A stretch of DNA of 64,000 nucleotides from the human T2T-CHM13v2.0 reference genome, Homo sapiens: NCBI RefSeq assembly GCF_009914755.1, contig NC_060926.1; one strand, given 5' to 3'. Below the pieces are notes generated by a model. That model saw nothing but the letters and a program-made list of their open reading frames with translations, had not been told where the DNA came from and ran no database searches. This document shows, piece after piece, positions 39,890 to 53,351 of the stretch. Each line of letters starts with the position of its first letter. Within the stretch, counting starts at the first letter, position 1. A program made the translations under genes and the position numbers.

Positions 39890-40115
39890 GGCAGTGTAAC
39901 ATCATGGCACTAACTACATGCTCTGCAATTAGAGGGTCTGGATTCAATTCCCAGATCTACCACTTACTGACAGCACTAACTCACGTAAATTACGTTTTGA
40001 TTCAATTTCATTATCTGAAAAATGGGACAAAAAATAGAATGTAGCCTATAGAATCGACCAGATGATTAAAATTAATAATACATGTAAACATCCAATAAAT
40101 ATTAGCTGTTATCTT
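39890..40115 (+). mobile_element. MIR
   Basis: CTGGATTCAATTCCCAGATCTACCACTTACT..CAATAAATATTAGCTGTTAT. Confidence 0.7.
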
Positions 40116-40189
40116 TATAATTATTCCAAAAAAAATGAGTTGTAGTGCTAGTCCTTGGGAAGCTCACTCTATTATGGAGTATGACTTTT

Positions 40190-40450
40190 TAACTCATTTA
40201 AACTCAGTTTGATTATCTGCTATGTGCAGAATGCTAGACTGGACACTGTTGTACAAAAATAAATAAGGCACGATCCCTGCTCTTAAAGAGTGGACAATTG
40301 GCAGGTGCAGCAAAGATATAAACAGATAATATCAATATTCTTTGAGCGACTAGATGCAGTCTACCACAGGAATGCAAAAGTGGAATATTTAGCTGAATCC
40401 AAGGGTAAATAGGCAGCTTTTTGAAGGCACTGTTTTCCTGAGGTGCATTT
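40190..40450 (-). mobile_element. L2 fragment
   Basis: TATCTGCTATGTGCAGAATGCTAGACTGGACACTG..ATAAGGCACGATCCCTGCTCTTAAAGAG. Confidence 0.6.
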
Positions 40451-41849
40451 TAAATTTGCAAAAATCAGTTATGCTTTACCTCAAGGTTCGTAAAGAAAGC
40501 TTTCAAGTCCTGACACTCCCAGAATGCCTTGCTGTCGCTGTCTGTGCTTGACAGGCACAATCCCCACCCTCCTGCTCCCCTCCTTCATTCAGGAACTGCC
40601 GGTCAAAGCCCAGTCAGATATGCAAAGGGCAAACATCTACCTGAAGGCAACCCTCAGCTGCACTAATGAAATACTTGATTCTCCTCACAAAACAAATTAT
40701 GATCAACAGACGAAATGTCTCAAAACAGCAACAGCCTTCACGTTGCAGGAGTTCTGTGAGAAATTCCACGCAAATCTATGACACTGCTTTAGCCATGCTT
40801 AGGGAGAGAGGGGCAGGTTTTTTATTATTCTTTTCCATGAATCATCTGCTTTTAGGAACACAAATCCCACATTAAAATGAATATTGGCACCTTTAAGGTA
40901 CATGCACTTCTTATCCCTTAACCCAAAAAGACTAACTTAAGTTTTCCCGATGACTACGATTCCACAAAATCAAAGTAAGATCAATGGGCCGGACACCTCA
41001 AAGAGAAATAAGGCATACTTTTTCATATTGAAAAGAGAATGCACATATAATCTAAACATGAAGCCAGAGGGCCCTGTTTTTATTTATAATCCACTTGAAA
41101 GAGATGGTTTCTGTGGCAGCAGAAAATGTGAGGGTTTTTTCAGAGGAGCTATTGAATTAACAAAGATTCACTCATCCCATTAAAAGTCTTTCTCTTCTTT
41201 GATGATATGCCAGAACTGATGAATTTGGGGCAATTTATGCCGCGATGCTTGTCCTACAATGTTTGAGAAGATACATGCAAAGGGCTTTCACTTTCTTCTC
41301 TGTGAGTGGGTTTCTTACCAGACCATGTGCCTATAGGTTTATAGACCTCCATATGGAAGAAAAAGGATAATAACTACTTAAGTCCATTAAATGGGTACTT
41401 AAGTCCATTAAACAGTGGGTACATGTAAGTAAGAGGGAGGGAGGTGGAAATCTGCCAGTAATGCTTTCAAAGGACACAGTTTAAGAATTCCAGTCGGAAG
41501 ACCTACTGATATGCTGATAAAACAAACAGCTGCATAAGCGATAATTATTCCTATAATTAAAAGAGGAAGCATTTAATCTATCTTTTCATTACATTTGATT
41601 GTAGCCAGTGGAATCAGCATGCATCAGAGGCCAGAAACACTAGCTTCTTACTTTCAGGTATTAGGAACCAGTCTCTGTTTCAACAAGCTGGTAGTGAGTC
41701 TTCAATTCTGTCCTGGGAGTACTGGGGCTCAGGTGGCATGTTCTCCACTCTAGGGGGGAAAGAAGTTTTCAAAAGGTGGGAGATAATGCAGAAAGAAAAG
41801 AACATTCTTAGAAAAATAAATAACAATGACAAGAGAGGAGACTGTTCTA

Positions 41850-42460
41850 TGCTATTGCCAGCCCTGATCTCTCCTCCAAGCCAGATCCACCTGTCAAACT
41901 GCCTCCTGCACATCTCAATTTGGGTGTCCCTAAGGCAACTCAAGCTCACCGCCAAACTGAACCTCTCAGCCTTGATGCAGCACCAGCTTCTTGTCCTGTG
42001 CAATCAACAAAGACATGCATCGCCATCCATGTGGCCAAGAAACCAGCAATCAGGAAGTCATCCCAGACTCTGCACTCTGCCTTCTTCCTCCCCCTCACCA
42101 ATTTTCACACACCACGCTGCACTCTCTCATGCCACAGTTTCCATTCCCACTGTCCCTGCCTCAGAGGATGCTCCTAGACTTGTCTTTTGCTCATTTTCAC
42201 CCCCTTCCATCTATCTCCACACTGTTGCAGAGTGCCCTTTCTACGCAAATGCGCACACATTTCAACTCACACTCATAGCTTCTGGAATCCTTTAAAACCT
42301 CGAGCTGTGCAGTCAAGACCTATCATGGTCTGGTCTCTGCCTGGCTCTCTAACCTCACTTATCAGCCACTACCTCTTGTATCTCTGTTCAAGCATCACTT
42401 CTTCTCCACAGGAACTGCTTAACATTGCTCTAAACATGGAACACACTCTGCCATTTCACA
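41850..42460 (+). mobile_element. L2 fragment
   Basis: AACTGCCTCCTGCACATCTCAATTTGGGTGTCCCTAAGGCAACTCAAGCTCA. Confidence 0.7.
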
Positions 42461-42981
42461 GCCCCTGACTTCCCACAGGCCACCTAACTGCCAGTGCCTG
42501 ACAAGGCTGTGCTCACCTCTCAGGGGCAGGGTGAGCTGTCCCAGCATCAAACACTTTTACACAGAACTGAAAAGTGGAGTCATTGGACCTCTGAGACCAC
42601 AAAACTGTGAACAATGGCCATACACACGGTTTTGTTCAGCTACTGCTCCTCTGGCACCTGTCATATTTCTCTTTGTAATAGTGAATTGAGTGAGGGGCCA
42701 TCAAAAATCCTTGCTAGCAGAATAGCCATGTGTCTAACATTTATAGAGAAACTACACACCAGGAACTGGGTTCCAATCTCATTTCAGCCTCACAGCGGCT
42801 TTGTGGGTGGGTATTATTATTCCATTCACTGGTTGAGAAAAGTGCTCTAAAATACGAGAAGGAAGTGATATTGGTCTCTTCTCTCTGGGGGCAGGCTCAT
42901 CGTGCCCCAAGGAGACAAATTCAACTCTAAACCAAGCCTTCTGCCTTTCCTTAAATTCTAAAACTGATGAATGGTCTCTGG

Positions 42982-43031
42982 CATACATGCGTGCACACGC
43001 ACGCACACATACACACGCACAAACACACACG
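42982..43031. repeat. Degenerate (CA/CG)n alternating purine-pyrimidine tract
   Basis: Seen directly in the sequence. Confidence 0.8.
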
Positions 43032-43069
43032 TTTCTTTGCAGCACAAAGAACACACATGTTTTATTTGA

Positions 43070-43450
43070 ATAGGAAAATGCTGGGAACAACCTAGAGGTA
43101 TATTAATAGACGATGTACTAAGCCAGCTGTTAAAAAAATGAATGATCTATATAGAGTTATGCAAGCATATTCAAGATATATTTTTAGCTAGAAGGGAAAA
43201 AAGGCAAGTTGCAGAACAATAAGCATAGAGTATGCTACCTTTGAGTAAAAAGAGGGGTAAAAGTAAGAATATATGATGGTGTTTGCTTATATAGGCATAA
43301 AGAAAATAACAAATAGCAACCGTGAACACCTGTAGGAGATTGAGATGAGAAATGGGTGCTTGAAAGACAGGAGTAAAGGGAACTTTTTCTACCTATTTGA
43401 ATATTTAAAATATAAATGTATTGCCTATTCAAAAATTAAATTTTTAAAAA
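43070..43450 (+). mobile_element. Old L1ME-like 3' fragment
   Basis: AAAAAGGCAAGTTGCAGAACAATAAGCATAGAGTATGCTACC. Confidence 0.6.
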
Positions 43451-44099
43451 TATTTCCCATTTGTACACCCCTTTGCAGACTAAAAAGCTATTCCACACAT
43501 GTCATCTTGTAGAATTCTCACAAGTCAGTTGTGGCTGATACACAAATGCAGGTATCTTCTGGGCAAGGGCTTCTGAAGGTCCCTCATGACCACCACAGGC
43601 ACTTCCATACAGGCCCAGGCAATGCCTGCTTGCCTGACCTTGTGGGGCTGCCCCTCAGCTCCTATTTCAACAAGACTGCACACAATGCTTGGTTTCGTTG
43701 GTGTCTCCTAGCCTGAGCAGGCAGCCCTTGTAAGGCAGGGGCCTCCCAGGATGGCTCTAGCCCAGCTGTTCTCCACAGGGTCCAGACAGCTTGGTGCCCC
43801 ACTGGAGTCCTCTCTCCTTCCTCTGCTGCCAACGGCAGCTCCAAGCACCCTCTAACTTTATCACTTTCACCCCAAATTCTAAGAGATGCCTCAGGTTCTC
43901 CTGAAGACTCTTCTATGTCCACATTCTAACAGCATCACGAGGAGGGCTTATGAGTAACTTCACTCTGGACACATCCAGAGGGGCTTCTTGAAGCTCTCCT
44001 TACATGACTTGTTGGGCAAAGGTAGGGCTGCCAGGAAGGACCATATATCCATAAACTCTTATGACCCACAAATCCTTTCCTCCTTTGTGCTAGTATAAA

Positions 44100-44745
44100 A
44101 AAAAGACGTCATTAGAACATCACTATCCTGCAGCCCCTAATAAATTAACAAATCTGGGCATTGAGAAACACCAGTACTGGCATCAAAAAAGAACAAAAAC
44201 CAGACATTATATGGCTCTTGGTGAAAGAACAGATCACCAGCTACAGTCTTGCCAAGGGAATTCCAGCTGAATCTGATCAAGCCTCTGGATCTATCTACCA
44301 GTTTGCAGGAAATACAGAAAACAGAGGGACATGTCGAACTGTGCCTTGGATTTGCCATTAGCAAAATTCAGACTGTGGGAGGTTCTATGGGTCAGAAAAG
44401 AGTCTTTCTATGGGTAAAGAAAAAGGGATGAAAAGAGACTTGTAAATGAAAAAATATTTAAAAGGCATGTCAAGTTTTTTACATGGGTAAAACTAATAAA
44501 CTATATTGTCTGGATGCACACAGGATGACAAAGTCATAAAAATGCAAATATGTGAGTACCGTAAAGTTAGACATACTTGGAAGAAGGGAGGGGCCTGCAT
44601 TTGGGATTGGATATATAAAGGGTTTTTAGGATGGCTAGCAAAGTTTTGTTTATTTCCCTGGATGGTGATTAAAAGGATGTTTGCCTTATAATAATTCACT
44701 AAGCTAGAGTTTTGATTTTCTGGATCTGTGTTTTATTTTACCACA
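44100..44745 (+). mobile_element. L1MC4/5-like 3' region
   Basis: CTGAATCTGATCAAGCCTCTGGATCTATCTACCAGTTTGCAGGAAATACAG..GCTAGCAAAGTTTTGTTT. Confidence 0.75.
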
Positions 44746-44821
44746 CAACATGTACAGGAAAAGGAGAAAAGCAAAGAAAAATTATATGGGGAAAATAATC
44801 TAGAAAAAAATATCCTCCCTT

Positions 44822-45654
<833 letters not shown>

Positions 45655-46164
45655 GCCTCTCTCATAAAGGCAAGCGGTAGCAGAAGGGCTAAAGGTCGCA
45701 AATCTAGTGTGGTTTTGTGGAATGTTTGTCAAATATTATGTCTCACCTTTGGTCTTCAGACAAAACTCTTCAATAACAGGAAAAGCCTCATTGGATTCTG
45801 TTTTATTAGGCAGAAGGAGGTTCTTGGAAGGACAGCATTAAGAAGTTCATAGAATTAATGAACCACTATAAAACCAGGCCGGGTTACAGAGAGAACTAAG
45901 AAAGCTGCAGAGCTCAAAAAAACAGGAAGATTGTGCTCACAGAGAGCCCACTTAGGTGAATGTATCCCACCTTCTAAATCTACCCAACTGGAGGGCAGGG
46001 ATGCAAGTCTTCTGTTATCCACGGTGGGAGCCAGGCACCTGGATTCACTATCACACCAAGACCTGATGGAAGGAAGGCATGGGGATGGATGCTGAGTGCC
46101 CAAACACTGGTAAATATTGACTACCATTTTCATATTAACATCACTTGTAAATTTGTTAATAAAC

Positions 46165-46790
46165 TGGTCTTAGTCCATTCAGCTGCTACAATATAATACC
46201 ACAGACCAGGTAGCTTATAAACAACAAAAATGTATTGCTTGCAGTTCCAGAATCTGAGAAGCCCAAGATCAAGATACTGGCAGCTTTGGTGTATGGGGAG
46301 CACCCATTTCTTGATTCACAAAATGCACCTTCTTGCTGTTTCCTCACATGATAGAAGGCGCATGTATTAGTTCATTTTTATGCTGCTGATAAAGACATAC
46401 CTGAGACTGGGTAATTTATAAAGAAAAGAGGTTTAATGGACTCACGATTCCACATGGCTTGGGAGACCTCACAATCATGGTGGGAGGCAAAGGAGAAGCA
46501 AAGGCATGGCTTACATGGCAGCAGGCAACAGAGAATGAGAGCCAAGCAAAAGGCGAAACCCCTTATAAAACCATCAGCTCTCGTGAGACTTATTCACAAT
46601 CATGAGAACATTATGGGGACAACCGCCCCCATGATTCAATTATCTCCCACTCTCTCCCTCCCACAACACATGGGACTTATGGGTGCTACAATTCAAGATG
46701 AGATTTGGGTGGAGACACAGCCAAACCATATCAGGGCAGGAGGTCTCTCTCATATCTCTTTTATAAGGACACCAACCCTATTCATGAGAG
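46165..46790 (-). mobile_element. MLT1A-like LTR interrupted by THE1
   Basis: TCTTAGTCCATTCAGCTGCTA..GTAGCTTATAAACAAC..; resumes TCTCTTTTATAAGGACACCAACCCTATTCATGAG. Confidence 0.8.
46363..46733 (-). mobile_element. THE1 (B/C-like) solo LTR
   Basis: TGTATTAGT..GCTGATAAAGACATACCTGAGACTGG..CAGCCAAACCATATCA; near TSD GCGCA/GGGCA. Confidence 0.93.
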
Positions 46791-47817
46791 ATTGAGCCAA
46801 GGCATTTTCCAGGTGAGGAGATCTGAAGAGACTACGGAGGTAAAAGGGACAGAAGACCAAGAAGGTAAGCAGTGGAGAGAAGGGAGCAGGAGAAAGGCAG
46901 TGAAAGAGGGACAAATAGGAGCCTAGGGAGAATGCTGAACACGAGCTCCCCACCTCTCCTGCTTGCTCAGGGCTAGTCTCAGGAGACCTCAACCCCTGCA
47001 GTTTGGCTTTGCAATAATTCAACTCAATTACATAGATTTATATCCAGAAAAAAAAACAGAAGTAGACTATTTTTATTAATTATATTAATGCAATGAGAAT
47101 ATATGTGGCTTATTTCTCTCTTCAGTAGGACTATTACTTTTTTGCTGTCTTTTGCAAATCTCCACTCCTAGTCCTTTGAATCGCCATCTAGAGAAAGGGA
47201 ATGCTGTATTTTAACATTGCTGAAGGCACAGTTTGACCTTTAAATCACATTATTTAAATATTAATGACATAGCAGGAAAGCAGCCTACTGACAGGTGTTA
47301 TACAAGTCAGACCAAATAGGACACTAAATCTGTGAGTGCCTTTGAAACGCCCATTAGAGATAATGAGGAATAGACATGTATTTCCACACATTGTCCAGCA
47401 CTAGTTTGTTCCACCTCCAGTCAGAATAAATTAACTGAACATGGTGTTTGACAGGAAAGAAATCACTATTCTTCCTTCAAAATGCTGCTTAATGACTTCT
47501 GCAGCTCCACGTGATAATAACAGGAAAGGATCTGTTTGTTTCTCAGACTTTGAAGCGATGACACATTGCTTGCTAGGGCTGGATTTCACACTGAAGAATG
47601 ACAGCAGAAGCCTTGCCTCACAAAAGGCACCAAACAGACCTTCCTACCTGCCCACGTTTTCCGTCTCGCTTGACAGCACCAGGTACTCCCGAGTCACGGT
47701 ATATGTTTCTTGGATACTTTAGTTGGAAACTGAGACATCACAGGCTGCTAGGACTTATCCTTCCTAAGACACCCATTGAATTAGGACATCTCAGCTCTCA
47801 TTCCAAATACCCCAGGC

Positions 47818-47950
47818 CAAGGTTTTCTCAACCTCAGCACAACCAACATTTGGAGTTGGATAGTTCCAGCTGTAACAACCAAAACTGTCTCCAGACATTG
47901 CTAATGTCTCCTGAGGTGAGGGCAAAATGGCCCCCAGTTGAGAACCTCTG
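47818..47950. mobile_element. Internally deleted MER20
   Basis: TTCTCAACCTCAGCAC..CAACCAAAACTGTCTCCAGACATTGC..CCCCCAGTTGAGAACCTCTG. Confidence 0.8.
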
Positions 47951-47982
47951 GCTTAGGCAAATTTATTAATTATATACCTCAG

Positions 47983-48499
47983 TGATATGGTGGGGCGTGC
48001 AACAATTTACCTCTAACCTTTCAGGGTTTTTCAGCTGGGCCTGAAAATAAAATTGACGTAAGACAGATCAACAGGGGAAAAGCATGCAAATTTATTTAAT
48101 ACAAGCTTTATATTGCACAGGAACCTTTGTGTGAAGACACGAAGTTGCAGTAAGAGACAAATGTACACCAAAATAAACAGAGTAGCAAATTATAAAACTG
48201 TGACAATGCAAAGGGCTTGGGCTTGGGCTGGAGTAGTCAGTTGGGTAGAGCAGTGGCTAGGAGGATAAAATTAGCCAAAAACGGTTTGCTCAGATTTCCC
48301 TCAGCCTCAACTTCTCATCCTTGATGGTAAGAATGATGCTTTCATTCTAACATAGGGAGGACATCTTTCGCCTGGGAGTTTCATCTCCTGCTTTTAAGAA
48401 ACAGAAGGATGGTCAGAGTGATCTCGCACCTGTTGTTTTTCAAACGCCTTTGACCCAAAATAATCAATTTGCCAGAGTGGCATATTTTTAACCTCTTCA
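47983..48499 (-). mobile_element. LOR1-like ERV1 solo LTR
   Basis: AAATTGACGTAAGACAGATCAACAGG..AAAGCATGCAAATTTATTTAATA..AAAATAATCAATTTGCCAGAGTGGCATATTTT..CTTCA. Confidence 0.7.
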
Positions 48500-49034
48500 G
48501 TATCCTTATGTGGCTTCACAGCTGTTCAAAGTTGTTATTTCATAACCCAACAGGCTGGACAATTCACCTGCTGATTAAAGTTAACATATTCTTCATGGCA
48601 CTCTGGGTCATAAAAGGGAATTAAAGTTGTGATGGGATGCATGAGACCAGGAGGATGACTCTGATTCAGTCCCCTAAGATGGAACTAAGAGAAGCAGTCC
48701 ATAAGTCTTGGGGGAATTCTCTCTCTACCATTGTGTATCTGACGTATTGTTTTAACAGCCATGTAAAATTGGATCTGACTCTACTTACTCCAGAAATAAT
48801 ATTTGTTGATCACAGGGCACTACACAATGATTCATGGTACAGACAATCTGGTTGTCATATTTTCATGTTTGCCAGACACTGTTTCTTCAAACCACTTGTA
48901 CCCTTGATAAATGAAAGTGTGTGTGAATCTCCCAAAAGTATGTTAAATAAACACATCTTGAATATCACAGTGGAACTTCTGGTCAACCAATATGTTCATG
49001 TGCTGTTTCTTACTATCCAAACCTTAACCTATGA

Positions 49035-49217
49035 CAGTTGTCCTCAGAGTGTAGCCCCCAGACCAGCAACACCAACAGTACCAGGAGCTTGTTAGACATA
49101 AAGATTCTTGGACTCCACTCCAGATCTACTCATCACAGGATCCGACTAGAGTCCAGCAATCTGTGTTTAGCAAGGCTAGCAGATGATACTGATACACCTG
49201 AAGTTTAAGACCCACTG
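49035..49217. mobile_element. MER5A hAT-Charlie element
   Basis: CCAGACCAGCA..GGAGCTTGTTAGA..CCAGCAATCTGTGTTTAGCAAG..AAGTTTAAGACCCACTG. Confidence 0.85.
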
Positions 49218-49934
49218 ACCTAGAAAATGAGTTTCATTGAGAAGTTAAAACAAACCCTAATTCATGAAAATGTTCATTTTCTTTCCTACCACTACCAAAT
49301 TTAATCCAGCTCTCTTTCCATGTAGTTTTACTGGCATTATTAAGACTGACAATATTGGTTGCAGGTGGATTAGAAAAAGAACAATCAACAGAATCCTAGC
49401 CTCACTTTCTCCCTCCCTTGAAAGTCCTAAAATACATACGAATCTGGCTGACACCCAACCAAATCTGAGACATTCAGAATTATGAACATCTTGGCACCTT
49501 TCCCTTCATCCCTCATACATATGCATGATGCCAGGACACATGTTGTTTAATCAAAAGATAACATTACACTGGATAGTGTTCATGAGCACAGGTAAATATT
49601 TGACTTACAAACTGCCATAGTTAATTAACTGGAAAAATATAAATATTCACATTTGGCCAAATTCCTTGTACTTCCTCCCTTTGTGTCCCTTCTGCAAACC
49701 TCAGGTGGTTGTTCCATTGCCCATCAGAACAAAGCTCTTGAATTATAGAACCCACTGGTTTAAAAAAAAAAAAAAAAGTCTGTTTCTAATTGGCAATACA
49801 TCAGTGTGAACTAATATGGGAAATAAGGCTAGAGTTTAGTGGGGAGCGGGGAACTGAGGGACCCTAACAGATAGCTGTGTGAGAATGCTGGGCTGGCATC
49901 GCATGTAAACACCCCAGCAAGAAGTCGAAGTTCA

Positions 49935-50120
49935 GTCCAGATAGGCTCTGCAGTCAGACTGCTGAGAGTCAAATCCCAGCTCTGCCCCTCTGGCTTTCCC
50001 TTGTAAAATGGGGATAATGGCTCCTTATACAGTTGCTAAGGATTACACAAGATAATCCACATAAAGCTCTTAGTTTTGAGCCTGGCGTCTAAGTGCTTGG
50101 TACATGACAGCTATTTCATA
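49935..50120 (+). mobile_element. MIR
   Basis: GGCTCTGCAGTCAGACTGCTG..CAAATCCCAGCTCTGCC..TGTAAAATGGGGATAAT. Confidence 0.8.
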
Positions 50121-50335
50121 TTTTTGTTATTGCCAAGAAATCATTTCTGAAGTAGCCAAAGTTATAACATTAGAGATCGGAGTTGGGCTCACATGACTCT
50201 GGGCATTCCCTGCCCCTGGCACAGAGTGTATGCCTGCCTTGTCTCTCCTTCTCTCCCAAAGAACATTTCTGAGCACTTCTTATATCTCACAACGATGGCA
50301 TTGATAAAATGAGGCACAGACATTAAACAATTCTT

Positions 50336-50530
50336 GGGGAAGGAGAAATGGTGATTTCCTAACCAAAGAGCACAAAGTTTTAGTCAAGTACGATGAATAA
50401 ACTCTAGAGATCGGCTATGCAACATTGTGCCTATCATCAACAATCATCTATTATACACTTAAATTTTTGTTAAGAAGGTAGATTTAATGTAAAGTGTTCT
50501 TATCCCAATAAGATAAATATTAAAAAAAAG
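50336..50530 (+). mobile_element. L1MA/MB 3' end inserted in a MIR
   Basis: CACAAAGTTTTAGT..GATGAATAAACTCTAGAGATC..GAAGGTAGATTTAATGTAAAGTGTTCTTA, with an A tail. Confidence 0.8.
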
Positions 50531-51020
50531 AAAGAAATGTTTTTAAAAAGTTAACCTATCCAAGTTACACACAGCTAGTAAAAAGCAGAGCCTGGGCTTA
50601 AAGTCAGACAACTTGTCCCCACAGAGCCTACACCTAACAGCTATACTATGCTACCTCTCCATAAATATTTAAATATTAACTTAGCAAACATGTATTGATT
50701 AGGTGAATGTGAACTCCTAAAATGCAAACACACCTGAGAAAGGTAAAGATTAGTCATTAACACCATAGCAGGAAACTTTAGCACTAACACCTTAGCATCA
50801 TGGGCTTGGAAAGCAGGAATTATAGTCAAAAATAATTGAACAGTTGTCTAGGTCATTTTTGTTGTGTTTAAAAAGAAAAGCACGAAGTGGAGAGTTCTTG
50901 GGTGTACTAGAAGCACATGCTTCCAAATCAGACTAAGCTGAAGAAGTTGCTTGAAATTTCTTAGCCTCAGTTTCCACATTTGTAAATTGGATTTAAGAAA
51001 ACCTACCTCATGGGCTTGCC

Positions 51021-51184
51021 GTGAATATCAAATACAGTGTCTGGCACAAGGTAGCCACTCAGTTTACATTGGTGACTGTAAAGAGTGATCTTTCCATAGA
51101 AAGTGAATATCAAATACAGTGTCTGGCACAAAGTAGCCACTCAATTTACACTGGTGCCTGGAAAGAGTGATCTGTCCATAGAAA
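51021..51184. repeat. 82-bp tandem duplication (2 units) at a MIR 3' end
   Basis: 51021-51102 versus 51103-51184 shows 6 mismatches. Confidence 0.95.
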
Positions 51185-52792
51185 GTAGCCTAGGATGTGT
51201 CACAACCTAGGGGCGTCAGGAAGACATGAAGTGTCTACCTCCAACCTGGGCGATATAACAGCTGAGGTAGAATGAAAAGAATGAAGACTGCTTTGCTCAG
51301 ACTCAGCCTTCTGGAACCATTGATAACTGGATTATGCACTACAGGGGCTAAATTCATGGCAAAAGTGGATCTTACTTTCTTAAAACCAGCTGGAAAAGGG
51401 GTGCTTTTTTGAAAAGTTAAAAACTGGATGATGTTATTCCAGGATAAATGACTGGATCTGAAAGAATTGTTTTCCAGCCTTCCATAGACACAAGACATAA
51501 CTCTTCAACAGTAGAGATTGTCAATAGGAATTTCTCCAAAGAAAACCATGAAAGTATATGTCAAGATAGTAGTTTGTTTACGTGCTAGTAGAAAGTATAG
51601 CAGGCCCAGGCAGACGTAAGTCTTGTTACAATAGACTACTGTAGGAAGCTTGCTTATCTGCACCTACACCAAAACCATGACTGCAAAAATCAGGTAAAAA
51701 CCATCTAATCAAGGCACCTGAATGAAGTCACTTGAATCTCCACTGATAAACAGTATTTAAAAGGCTACAAAAGAATCTGTTAAGTGCCTGGTCCAACACT
51801 CTATAATGAAAACAAATACAATTTACTATGCATATGGATATCTAATAGACCATAGAGAGGAAAGAATTCTGATATCCAGCTCCATTTCAATCTCACTAAG
51901 AAACTAGTAATGATACTGGGACATAGCAGTCACTCAGTAAATATTTGCCAGATATTTAATAAAACCAGTAGGGCTAAAGGAAAAATTCTGGTCTGGGCTA
52001 TATCATTTCAGGTCCTGGGGAGGCTTTTGTGGGTCACACATTGACCACTCCACACCCTCTATGTAAGAGCTGACTTCTTGATTTAGGTCCTTTCTGAAGA
52101 ATCATGAGGCATTCTGAGAATTTCTACAGAACCGTTCAACATTGCCAACTCACATCTCATACATCTGCAAGCATTAGGAAGTAAGTCCCGCTTACTTATT
52201 TGTTTATCTGAAGAATGGTTGCACAGTATTACAGCTCTTTGTCTATTCAGACTACATGTCATATTTCTCCCTAGAAGTTGCGTTTTGTCTGAGTACTCAC
52301 CCTCTCTAAAGGTTTGTTAATGATATGTATGAGCACTTTCTATTTAGAATTCATCACAAAGTTGGTATTCCAGTGCACAGGACCTCAGTGATTCCAATGT
52401 TGCACCATCTGGCAACCTCTCATTCCAATTCAGAAAGAGTACCTCAGCATGTGTCTTAAGTTATCACTTCATGCCCAGTACTGTGTGGGTTTCTTACATA
52501 TTCCAAGGACCAACAAGTTAACAGATAGCCTTTACAGACCCACTGCCACAACTAGAGCTCTGTTCCAGGAGCGTAAATTAAAGAAATAGAAGCCAACATT
52601 CCTGATTTTAGTTTGGAGAGAAATCATTTGTGAAAATACGCACATACACACCCGTGAAGGAAACAGTACAAAAAAACACGTCAACAAGTGCAAATTCTTA
52701 TGGTACACCCCTGGGACATGCCTAATCAGAGAGCACTGAGCACAGAATGAACTATATCACTAGTAGAAAGTTTCATAGAAAATGTAAGCTTT

Positions 52793-53190
<398 letters not shown>

Positions 53191-53351
53191 TCAGAACTGA
53201 TAAGATAGATGGTGAGATGGCCCTCATTCTGTCATTCAGCAAAGAAAAGCTAATAAGGAGATCCAAATTACTCTCACCTGTGAGAATAACATCACTCCAT
53301 AAAACTCTTGGAGTCTAACCTGGCCCTTAAAATAGTTCATCTTGTCATCTT

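Noticed and set aside
41738-42295. 185-aa ORF, the longest in the window
   Set aside because: It lies mostly within a decayed L2, shows no recognisable domain and has no gene structure.
47178-47198. CTCF-like motif (CGCCATCTAGAG)
   Set aside because: It is only a partial match to the core and cannot be supported without data.
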